A DNA stretch of 63,425 nt, filler included, from Chrysochromulina tobinii (taxonomy: Eukaryota), in NCBI GenBank assembly GCA_001275005.1. It is 7 parts of 7 records of this genome, joined end to end, with 100 filler letters (N's around TTAATTAATTAA, not from the genome) between each part and the next. Parts side by side here need not be neighbours in the genome. Positions count along the whole stretch, not along the records: positions 25,403 to 34,597 come from JWZX01000382.1; positions 34,698 to 39,092 come from JWZX01000383.1; positions 39,193 to 53,915 come from JWZX01000384.1; 4 more parts are not named here. One strand, given 5' to 3'. A program made the translations under genes and the position numbers. Positions 33,126 to 41,979 of the stretch are shown piece after piece. Position 1 is the first letter of the stretch. Every line of letters starts with the position of its first letter. The notes beneath the pieces are model-generated. The model had not been told where the DNA came from. It made no database searches and saw nothing but the letters and a program-made list of their open reading frames with translations.

Positions 33126-34544
33126 TTAGTATCCATCGAGACTGTCAGGGCTCGAGTGTTGCGACAGTGCCTGGCTCCCTGGGGGCCAGCACTCCACATA
33201 AACGACGGTGGCGTCGTCGTCATCGCTCTCTGACGACGACGCCTCGGCGCCGACTTGAGCGTCAACCTCGGCATTGCCGATGATGACATCTGTACAGCCG
33301 GCGGCGTCAGCAAAGACCTTCCAGCCGCCGACCGCGGGCAGCTTGTCAGGTCCGCCCATACGAGAGACGACCTCATGAAGGCGCTGAAGGAGTCGGCGCA
33401 GGATGTCTAGAATCCTGTCGCACTCGGCCTCACTGGCGTACATGTTGGACATCGAGCGCCGCCGGTTTGCGCACTCGACGGAAGGCGCCCACCGACCGAT
33501 CTCGTCCCGTTCCTCTTTGGAGAAACCGAGGATACGGGCGAGCGTTGGGAGGAGGTGGCGCATTGAGTGACCAGAGTACCTCTTGGCTTCGACTTCAGAC
33601 ATAGAAAGCGGCGGAAGCGTCAGGATGTGACGCATCGCCTTTATAACGTCCGAAGATCGCGCAGGTCCGGGGAGCCGCACGACCTTCGGGGAGCTGAAGT
33701 GCTGGCCGCGAGGTACGGACAGCTTCGGGAAAATGAAGTCGGGCCCACATCCGCCGAACGTTGGCGAACCCTGTGGGAGAGGGAGCCACCAGTCGGACAG
33801 CGACTGCTGCTGGACCTTGGGGGCAAAGAACGGCATCACCAAGGGCTGCCGTCGCTTGGGATGCTTGGAAGTATAGCAGGAGCCGGCAATGTAGTCAGGT
33901 CGGAGCGCAACGGAAGCCCGTTGGCAGTCTCGCAAGCGTAGCGCGGACACCGAGGCAAGCGTAAGCCCGGCCGCGTAGAGACGAACTACGGGCGCGGAGT
34001 GGTGCTTGGAGAGGCTGATGAAATGGTAGAGCATCCGTAGGGTAGTCGCGAGGGCTGGTTGCGGCGGGCGCGCTGGCAGCTGGGCGACGTTGACAAAGGC
34101 CGGTGCGTCGACGGCCAGTGGTAGCTTGAGATGATGAGCCGCGAACGCGAGCCCGTTTCGCAGCGAATTGGGGACGGTCAGACCACCCGACTTGGAACGA
34201 GAGCATTCTTGCTCATCTTGTACGAACCACGCTAAAATGCCACCCGAGCACTTCCACGTGATACGAAGGTCGGCGAAACCGTTGGACTCTAACCAACGTC
34301 CGAGCCGTATGAGCGCCCTCCGGCTATTGTCAAGGGCGCCGGCTGAGTATGAACCGAGGTGACGCGTCAAGATCGAGCGCCGCCTTTTCTCTGGGACTCG
34401 TGCCCACTCAGCGGCGTCGGTGAAGCAACAAGCCTCAGCAAGCGCCGACGTTGGAACGACGGTGAGGAGGAGATCCATGGCTCGGAGCCTCTCTGCCTCC
34501 TCAGCCGCCTCGCGGTAAACCGGGGCCGTATCCAGTTGGGACAC
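33126..34544 (-). CDS. Tyrosine recombinase
   Basis: Catalytic set LRLRD (R), TSK (K), GHSMR (HxxR), IGRW (W) and MSNMY (Y). Confidence 0.9.
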   Translation of the reverse strand: MSQLDTAPVYREAAEEAERLRAMDLLLTVVPTSALAEACCFTDAAEWARVPEKRRRSILTRHLGSYSAGALDNSRRALIRLGRWLESNGFADLRITWKCSGGILAWFVQDEQECSRSKSGGLTVPNSLRNGLAFAAHHLKLPLAVDAPAFVNVAQLPARPPQPALATTLRMLYHFISLSKHHSAPVVRLYAAGLTLASVSALRLRDCQRASVALRPDYIAGSCYTSKHPKRRQPLVMPFFAPKVQQQSLSDWWLPLPQGSPTFGGCGPDFIFPKLSVPRGQHFSSPKVVRLPGPARSSDVIKAMRHILTLPPLSMSEVEAKRYSGHSMRHLLPTLARILGFSKEERDEIGRWAPSVECANRRRSMSNMYASEAECDRILDILRRLLQRLHEVVSRMGGPDKLPAVGGWKVFADAAGCTDVIIGNAEVDAQVGAEASSSESDDDDATVVYVECWPPGSQALSQHSSPDSLDGY

Positions 34545-34597
34545 TTTTTCTCTCGTCCTATCGTCTCCTCACACTCTCTCCTCACAGCCTCTTTCAA

Positions 34598-34697
34598 NNN
34601 NNNNNNNNNNNNNNNNNNNNNNNNNNNNNNNNNNNNNNNNNTTAATTAATTAANNNNNNNNNNNNNNNNNNNNNNNNNNNNNNNNNNNNNNNNNNNN
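34598..34697. other. Artificial contig linker
   Basis: N44-TTAATTAATTAA-N44. Confidence 0.97.
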
Positions 34698-34698
34698 A

Positions 34699-35448
34699 GC
34701 GAAAACGGACGCCAAGGGCTTCGGAATCTTCAACGACACCCTTGAGGTCATCGAGGTCATCGAGGAGCCCAGCCTGCCCGTCGTGACGGCGCGGATGACG
34801 CCCATCAAGAAGTTGCCACGTGTCCTAGCCCACGCGCGCGCCGATGAGGCTGAGAGACGCATCATCGCTGAGCTAGGGGTCTGGAGAGGCTTTGGTGCGC
34901 CAGAGCCGTGGCGCCAGCGGCTCAATGTTTCCGCGGGGGGGCAGGGCGACGAGTGGGAGCGCATACGGTCCGAGGTGCTGAGAGAGGTGCGGCGGAAAAC
35001 CAAGGGCAAGGGGGGGTGCGCATGTGGGGGGTACTGTAGCCGGAGGTTCTGCCCTACATGCTGCCACAAGCAGCCGTACGCCTGCGACCACGACGGCTGC
35101 GGCAAGATCTTTGCGCAGGCGAGCCATTTCGAAGTGCACAAGCGCTCGCACACGGGCGAGAAGCCGTACGCCTGCGACCACGACGGCTGCGGCAAGATCT
35201 TTGCCCAGGCGAGCCATTTCGAAGTGCACAAGCGCTCGCACACGGGCGAGAAGCCGTTCGCCTGCGACTACGTGGGCTGCACGTATGCATGCACCACGTC
35301 GGGCAACCTCGCGGTGCACAAGCGCTCGCACACGGGCGAGAAGCCGTTCGCCTGCGACTACGTGGGCTGCACGTATGCAAGCACCCAGTCGTGCAACCTC
35401 CAGGTGCACATCAAGCGCTCGCACACGGGCGAGAAGCCGTTCGCGTAG
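34699..35448 (+). CDS. C2H2 zinc-finger protein (4 fingers, TGEKP linkers), 5'-truncated
   Basis: YACDHDGCGKIFAQASHFEVHKRSHTGEKP x2 and FACDYVGCTYA...HKRSHTGEKP x2. The frame is open from the contig start. Confidence 0.88.
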   Translation, partial: AKTDAKGFGIFNDTLEVIEVIEEPSLPVVTARMTPIKKLPRVLAHARADEAERRIIAELGVWRGFGAPEPWRQRLNVSAGGQGDEWERIRSEVLREVRRKTKGKGGCACGGYCSRRFCPTCCHKQPYACDHDGCGKIFAQASHFEVHKRSHTGEKPYACDHDGCGKIFAQASHFEVHKRSHTGEKPFACDYVGCTYACTTSGNLAVHKRSHTGEKPFACDYVGCTYASTQSCNLQVHIKRSHTGEKPFA

Positions 35449-36762
35449 GTGGGCTGTGGTAAACGCTTCAAGAGCGCGCGAGCCCTCACGGGTTGTCCAT
35501 CTCGGGGAATAATCTTCGGCGATAAGTAAGTGACAAACGAATGAGTTGCAAACGAAAAGTGCTTTGAAAACGAATAAGAGAACCGGTCTGATTCGATGCG
35601 ACGCACGGCTTGCTGTACCTCTGCTCCTAGCAGCTGCAACTGCTCGCTGAGCAAGAGAGCGCGTGCGAATTCGTGGGCAAGCTCAATGTCAACCAGCGCT
35701 CAGAGGAGACTGGGTCGGCGACTATGCGCCATCCGGAGTGCGAGCAGCCCGTCATGTTCGTGCTGCCGCAGATCAAGATCGCCCCCGGGCCGCTCGAACG
35801 GCTGCAGGCGAGCCGCGCGGCCTTCGTATAGCGCTGCATGCCAGCCTGAGGGAGCTTGCTGTCCTGTACGCGCACGCAGTCGAGCTCCTTCTCGCCCTCG
35901 CGCACTCGATGCATCTGGAGGCGCTCGTCACGATGCCCGTGCCCGAGGGGGGGGGTCGCGCCATCTTCGCCGTCAAGGTCTCGCGCCTCCCCGCACGCGG
36001 CGTCGTCCCTTGTGCCGTCAAGGCACCCTTCGAGTTCTCCGGGCCGGTGGGGCTGCTGATGGACAACGACGGTAGCTCCCGCGCCAGCTCCAGCACGAGC
36101 GAGGCCGAAAGGCGGTGTGGCGGCGACAGCTCCTCGAATACGCGCGCGCTCGACTCGGAGATATACCTGCCCTTCCGGCACCAGCTCGAGCGCAAGGTCG
36201 TATGCATCAATTTCATCTTCTCGCCTGCGATCCCGCAGCTGCTGCCGAGTGCGGCCCTCTTCATATGTCGCGTCGTACTGGGTCGGCCGACCGGTACTAC
36301 CTGCTCTGTGTCTTCAAGCCGCCGCCGCGCACGACGGACCGCACCGTCACGATGAGTGTGCTGCACATCCTTCGGCTCGCCGTCTTTGGCCACCTGCTCT
36401 CGGCCACCTTCAACGAGCGCGTGTGAGCGACTGCGAGCGGCCGAGTGGGTCGGCGCGCCCCGTGGTGAAGACAAGCGGAAGCGCCTGAAAAATCAATACC
36501 TCGCGCTCTCGCATGTACCACACATGACACACACATACATACACACACACGCACTCACTCACGAATGTTCTCACCTACGAGATTTTCTCGGGCGTCGCGA
36601 GCCCTCCGGGCGATGTGCTCGCGCGGGCTGCGTCTGGTTCATGCGCCGGGGGCCCGCGGGGGTCGGAAAGGCACACGAGGAGGTGGGGCTTGATCGCCGC
36701 GGCAGAGGGGCGAGGTTGGCACTCGCGGAGTCTTCGACGCGCCGCAGCGCTTCACGGACGTG

Positions 36763-37626
36763 TCACGCTTGGGCCGCCGCCGCCTCGTGGCGGCCGGGCA
36801 GAACCGCGAAGAGCGAGGTCGGAAGCTGCGGCGCCGAGCCGGGCTTGGAAGCCATGCACCACTTACGCACGAACTCGTCGACGTCGACGACGGTCGCGCC
36901 CTCGGTGGGCGTTCGGAAGATTGCGTACGCCGCGAGGTGCTCGCCCCCCGACGTTTCGGCGTCCCACCGTGGCAGCCGTGGCTTCTGGGCGCCGAGCTTG
37001 ATGGGGCGCCAGCATCGCCAGATGACGTCGCACAGCAGCGTCTCGAGCGCGCCTCCGGTGAACAGGCCCGAGGCGAGCTCGGCGCACATGGTCTTCAGCC
37101 CACGCAGGGCGGGGGTCGCGCTCGCGCATTCGAAGACCGCCGCCTCGAGCGGCCGGCGCCCGTCCGAGCCGGCGGTCTCGAGCTGCACCTTGAGCGCGGC
37201 CATGAAGGCGCCCTCGTCGACCACGGACCAGTCGAGGCCCAGCACCGCCGCCAGGAACTTGAGCGCGTTGCGCGAGCCTTGACCTCCTCTGAGATACGGA
37301 TCCAGCACCCCCGCTACCAGGCCCGTCCCCTCGAGGTAGGTGAGCGTGCGTTTGGAGCAGAGCTTGCCGCCGCCCGGCAGCTTTTCGAGCTCGGCGAGCA
37401 ACGCGCGGGCGCCGTCGGGGCGCTTGGCGGCCTCGTGCAGCGCCTCGCTTTTCGCCATCAGGGTGTGGATGAGCGAGAGGTTCGTGCGCGAGCCGTCGGC
37501 GTAGCCGGCGAGCGAGCGACCCTGGCCCGCGCCCGGCTTCGAGTCCCGCAGCAGAGGGCAGCGACTTGCGACATGCCCACGCGCGCGCCCAGAGAGGCCC
37601 CACCACGCTCGCTTGTGGTACCACAC
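36763..37626 (-). CDS. Hypothetical protein with an HhH-like signature (possible aGPT-Pplase / amino-acid:DNA-transferase-like fold)
   Basis: Motif spacing LEKLPGGGKL...GGQGSRNAL...LETLLCD. Confidence 0.35.
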   Translation of the reverse strand: MWYHKRAWWGLSGRARGHVASRCPLLRDSKPGAGQGRSLAGYADGSRTNLSLIHTLMAKSEALHEAAKRPDGARALLAELEKLPGGGKLCSKRTLTYLEGTGLVAGVLDPYLRGGQGSRNALKFLAAVLGLDWSVVDEGAFMAALKVQLETAGSDGRRPLEAAVFECASATPALRGLKTMCAELASGLFTGGALETLLCDVIWRCWRPIKLGAQKPRLPRWDAETSGGEHLAAYAIFRTPTEGATVVDVDEFVRKWCMASKPGSAPQLPTSLFAVLPGRHEAAAAQA

Positions 37627-37916
37627 ACACTGGTGACATTCACACTCTCTCTCTCATACTCCGCCCGTGTGCCCCTCCGCCGTGCTGGCGCAGACGCACG
37701 CCACGCGCGCAGCGGCCCTCGAGCGATCGATAAACTCCTGTCCCTCTCGTCCTCCTCGTGTGCGACGCGCAGCGTTTCGTGGTTGGCCATGCCAGCATCG
37801 TGGTTGGCCACGCCAGCAGCGCGTCGCGAGTTACGTATCTGATCGTCGAGTCCCACAACAGGAATCCCACAACAGTAGCGTGAGTGCCCGGGCAGCAAGT
37901 GTAGCGCAAGTGCCCG

Positions 37917-38323
37917 GGCATTTTGGGTCCTGCGGCATTTTGGGGTTTGCGGCATTGGGTCTCTTGTCATCCTCCGCCTATTTTGGAATCGGTCCTGCAG
38001 CATTTTGGGGTTTGCGGCATTGGGTCTTTTGTTGTCCATCGCCTATTTTGGAATCGGTCCTGCGGCATTTTGGGTCCTGCGGGATTGGGTCTTTTGTCGT
38101 CCACCGCCTATTTTGGAATCGGTCCTGTGGCATTTTGGGGTTTGCGGCATTGGGTCTTGTCGTCCATCGCCTATTTTGGAATGGGTCCTGCGGCATTTTG
38201 GGGTTTGCGGGATTGGGTCTTTTGTCGTCCATCGCCTATTTTGGAATCGGTCCTGCGGCATTTTGGGGTTTGCGGCATTGGGTCTCTTGTCGTCCATCGC
38301 CTATTTTGGAATCGGTCCTGCGG
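37917..38323. repeat. ~65-bp minisatellite, about 6 units
   Basis: Unit GGCATTTTGGGGTTTGCGGCATTGGGTCTYTTGTCGTCCATCGCCTATTTTGGAATCGGTCCTGC. Confidence 0.9.
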
Positions 38324-38366
38324 CGTAAAAAGGTCTCAGCTCAGTCTTTCTTCAAAACACGGACAA

Positions 38367-39092
38367 ATGGCAACTATGTGCGTGTACTGCCATATATTCG
38401 AGCGGCAAGATGCCCAACCAGCGACGAAGTCGTTGCCAACGAGTCACAAAGCATCGCGGCTAGGACCCCACTGTTATACTTGCCACCGCAAGTTGATGAA
38501 ATGGAGTATGTCAATCGTGCAGATCGCTCGGCTGCAGGACCTCGGTGTCGGGCCGCCGCTCAGTCAGCAACAGCGGCAGCCGAAGCATCAGCATCAGCTT
38601 CAGCACGAGCAGCCGCAGCATCCGCAGCAGCAGCATGTGCAGCACCAGCCTCAGCAGCGGCAGCAGCTCCAAAGAGGCAAGCTACCCATAGGTGGCGGCC
38701 GCATGGCATCGCCATGTGAGCCATTCCGGGCCAATCCGTATGGCATTTTCTTGCCGAACCTCAGCGGCATGGGCGGCGGCATGGGTAGTGGAGAAGGTTT
38801 GAGCGAGTACCTCGACGCGGCGACCGGGATGGCCGCGAGATGGGTGGCTCCCTCCACCAACCCCAAAAGGCTTCGTGTGGCCTGTGCCGCGGACACCGTG
38901 GTAGCGTCCGCCGTGGTGGCGTCGTCCTCCGCCGTCGCTTCCGAGATCGGCGTGGCAATGGTTCCGTCGTCGGTGAGCAGCGCGGCGCATGCGGACATGC
39001 AGGGGGAGCTCGCGCGCTCCCAACGGCAGCTGCAGGAGACGGAGGCCAAGCTGCAGGAGGTGGAACGAAGTGCGGCCGAGGCGGCTAAGGAG
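38367..39092 (+). CDS. Hypothetical protein with CxxC...CxxC, a Q-rich tract and a coiled coil; 3'-truncated
   Basis: MCVYCH...HCYTCH, and ELARSQRQLQETEAKLQEVE at the contig end. Confidence 0.4.
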
Positions 39093-39192
39093 NNNNNNNN
39101 NNNNNNNNNNNNNNNNNNNNNNNNNNNNNNNNNNNNTTAATTAATTAANNNNNNNNNNNNNNNNNNNNNNNNNNNNNNNNNNNNNNNNNNNN
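39093..39192. other. Artificial contig linker
   Basis: N44-TTAATTAATTAA-N44. Confidence 0.97.
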
Positions 39193-39226
<34 letters not shown>

Positions 39227-39249
39227 ACTTTAATCTCCGCGCGAGAGGG

Positions 39250-40242
39250 TCACCAACCCGAACCCCACGTATACCACGATCCTCGCCACCTTCGCACGAG
39301 CATCCACCCGCAGGCTGTGCCGCCAGCGTGCGCCGCCAAGTCCACACCACAGCACGCCGCATCTATCGCCAGGTGCACAAACGGAAGCGCAGCCGAATGC
39401 ATCTCGACGCCGTAGAGGCGCACGACCACGCGCGGGTACAGGGCTGCGTTGGCTGCGATCATACCCATGGCAACGCCCGATGCACCTGCGCTGCCCTCAT
39501 TCGGGCGGCGGCACACCATCCCATTCCATACAAGCGATGCCACCGACGCTGTAAGCGCCGAGAAGAGTAGCAGCACGGCCATCACATCACAGCCCAAAGC
39601 TGAGTGAAGCACCGGACCCAAGGTGAGAACCTGCATCACGTTGTGCAGAAGGTGAATGGGCGAGAAGTGAACCACGTTCGCGGTGAGCACTGTCCAGATG
39701 CGGCCGGCACGAACGGCGTTTAGGGAGCAAACACCGTGGCGCAGCGCATATCGCTCAGCACTTGTCGCGAGCACCCAACCAATGATGGACAGTAGAGCAA
39801 ACGCTTCGTGAGGTACTTCTCCGTCGCGGCAGACGCTGAGTCGAGGCACCTTGAACGCCAGCAAGGGCAGTGGCACCCACATGCCAAAGATACCGACGAA
39901 ATGCCGACCTTTATGGGCGCCGATGCGCAGGAGGATATACGCGTGCGTCTCGACCGAAACTGCAAGGATAATACGCTCGGCTAACGCAGCAAGCCCTCCG
40001 AGATACCCTGAAGGATGCTGTGCGGCACTGGCGAGGTAGATCTCAAACGAATCGTGTGAAGGGCACGATGCAACCGCAACTGCAGCAATCACAATGCAGA
40101 TGGCCGGCTTGGCTCGTTCAAGTATTGAGGGTGGCGGTGCGACAACAGCGCCGCCGTCGCTCACGCGGCGACCGACGCCTTGGAATGAGCGTGACTTCAT
40201 TGGAGACGCTGCGAGCGGACCATTGTGTCCTTGTAGGTACAT
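39250..40242 (-). CDS. Rhomboid-family intramembrane serine protease
   Basis: RIWTVLTA..VH....HLLHN, catalytic GASG and AHAGG motifs. Confidence 0.82.
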   Translation of the reverse strand: MYLQGHNGPLAASPMKSRSFQGVGRRVSDGGAVVAPPPSILERAKPAICIVIAAVAVASCPSHDSFEIYLASAAQHPSGYLGGLAALAERIILAVSVETHAYILLRIGAHKGRHFVGIFGMWVPLPLLAFKVPRLSVCRDGEVPHEAFALLSIIGWVLATSAERYALRHGVCSLNAVRAGRIWTVLTANVVHFSPIHLLHNVMQVLTLGPVLHSALGCDVMAVLLLFSALTASVASLVWNGMVCRRPNEGSAGASGVAMGMIAANAALYPRVVVRLYGVEMHSAALPFVHLAIDAACCGVDLAAHAGGTACGWMLVRRWRGSWYTWGSGW

Positions 40243-40358
40243 GTAACCGCAACCGTACGTACGTTGGTCCGGTCTCGATTCACAAACTTTTGCTGTGAAG
40301 ACACAAGTCCAAGCCGCCGCCTGTCTTGCTTGCCTCTTCTCTCGCTCACATCAATCCT

Positions 40359-41125
40359 ATGACGGCGATGATTTTTCAGCTTCTAACGGCTACTATGCCG
40401 CTCCACCCGTTAGCGCTCAGACCTTTCAGCCCATCATCGCAGCTGCGCTGCTCTCGGCCGCCGCTGATGCTCGAGAGCAGCAACTTGGAGCTCGAGGATG
40501 CCAATGTTGATGAGGCGCCACCGAGCCCACCCTCCTTCTCGTGCGAGGATATGCCGGGTATATCGGCACCGCTCGGCTTCTTCGACCCCGCGGGCTTCTC
40601 TGACGGTGCAACTGAAGGCCGCGTCAAATTCTTCCGCGAAGTGGAGCTGAAGCACGGCAGGGTGGCGATGCTAGCCGCGCTTGGCTTTCCGTTGGCCGAG
40701 AACTTCCACCCGCTCTTCGGTGGAGAGATTGATGTGCCGTCGTACGGTGCGCACGGCCGTTGCAGCTTTGGCTATCTGCCCATGAGTCTCATCGCGTGCA
40801 TACCTTGCCTCCGTCATCCGCAGTTGCCTTTCAGGAAACGCCTCTGCAAACCTTCTGGCCACTGGTCACAGCTGTGATCGCCGTGTTCGAGGTCTTCTCC
40901 ATCTTCTCTTTCAACTCGCCCATTGACGGCGGTGAGATGTGGAGCATAAGGGCCGACTACGACAACGGCGACTTGGGCTTTGACCCGTTGCGTCTCAGGC
41001 CAGAGAGCGCAGACGAGTTCAAGGAGCTCCAGACCAAGGAGCTGAACAATGGCCGACTTGCGATGATCGCCATGGCCGGGATGATCGCGCAGGAGCTTGT
41101 GACGGGCCAGCGCCTCTTCTCATGA
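40359..41125 (+). CDS. LHCX: Light-harvesting complex protein, Lhcx/LI818 (LHCSR) type; intron 40747-40823
   Basis: PLGFFDPAGF, REVELKHGRVAMLA, FHPLFGG, GDLGFDPL, TKELNNGRLAMIA. A 77-nt GT-AG intron joins the two ORFs in frame. Confidence 0.9.
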
Positions 41126-41979
41126 AGAGGTACATTACATGGGCTCTGCGTGGCACGAAAGCGATCGCCCATATGCGATAGGCCATCGACTCGACCGGCG
41201 GCTCTACAGTAAGTCCGTTCCCACGGACCTCGGCTGTGCTCCAGGACCGCGTGCACAGGCAGTCGCGCGCCACACATCGAAAGAACACGCGAGAACCGCT
41301 CTCGAGAAAGTAATAGATTTGCACGTTGAGATTGGCGAGGCGGCGTGCGTGCGCGACGGCCGGACGCGCGGGGACGCGGAGTTCGCGGTGCCGTCTTTCG
41401 CGACTCTCACTCGCACTGTGCTCTGTGGCCTGGCACACCGGGTCACAGGAAGCTCCCGGCCAGGGCGGCCTCACATAGCAATGATCGGAGAGACGCCCTC
41501 GTTAACGCCCTGTTCCCGGACGAGAGGCCGCGGATGTGCGGATGAAACGAGAGATTCGTTAAACGAAACGGTAGACTGAGCTCTATGAGGTTCAGCGTTC
41601 ACGCCACGTCGCTCAAGTTAAAGCCGCTAAAAAAGCCCTACTGGAGACGCCGGCCTCTCTAGTCTCGCACTCGCCGCGCGCCCCCCGCCCGACCCCCGCC
41701 GGCCCGAGGCCGCGGTCCGCGCACGCCCCACGCGGCACCCGGCGCGGGGCACGCGGACGCGCCGCCGCCGGGCGCGACACGTCACACGAGGTCGAGGGCG
41801 GATCGGCAGGCTCGACATGAAGACGCACTGCTAGGGACAACTCGAGACAAGACTGCGCCGCGCCCTGCGGCCCGTCCGGTCCAGCGTCCGGTCCAGGTTG
41901 CACCGCCCGACCTCGCTGGCGCTTGAGTCATCCCCGCCTGGCGGACGCGGAGGCGGCAGACGGCTTTGCACACCACAGT

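Larger units (their letters stand above)
28313..34597. mobile_element. Tyrosine-recombinase retrotransposon (DIRS order, split-direct-repeat type); right end lost at the contig break
   Basis: Uninterrupted RT-RNaseH ORF, YR ORF and a third long ORF, with an identical 177-bp repeat at 28313-28489 and 32907-33083. Confidence 0.88.

Noticed and set aside
35596..36474. Overlapping 160-230 aa ORFs between the zinc-finger gene and 36763
   Set aside because: No recognisable motif or consistent frame. It may be a decayed gene but cannot be supported.
37917..38323. 65-bp periodic array as CRISPR or as coding repeats (ORFs 37667-38719, 37923-39140)
   Set aside because: The whole unit repeats with no unique spacers. 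Several frames are open only because the unit lacks stops.
39193..39223. Poly-C run at the contig start
   Set aside because: Likely a homopolymer or sequencing artefact at a contig edge.
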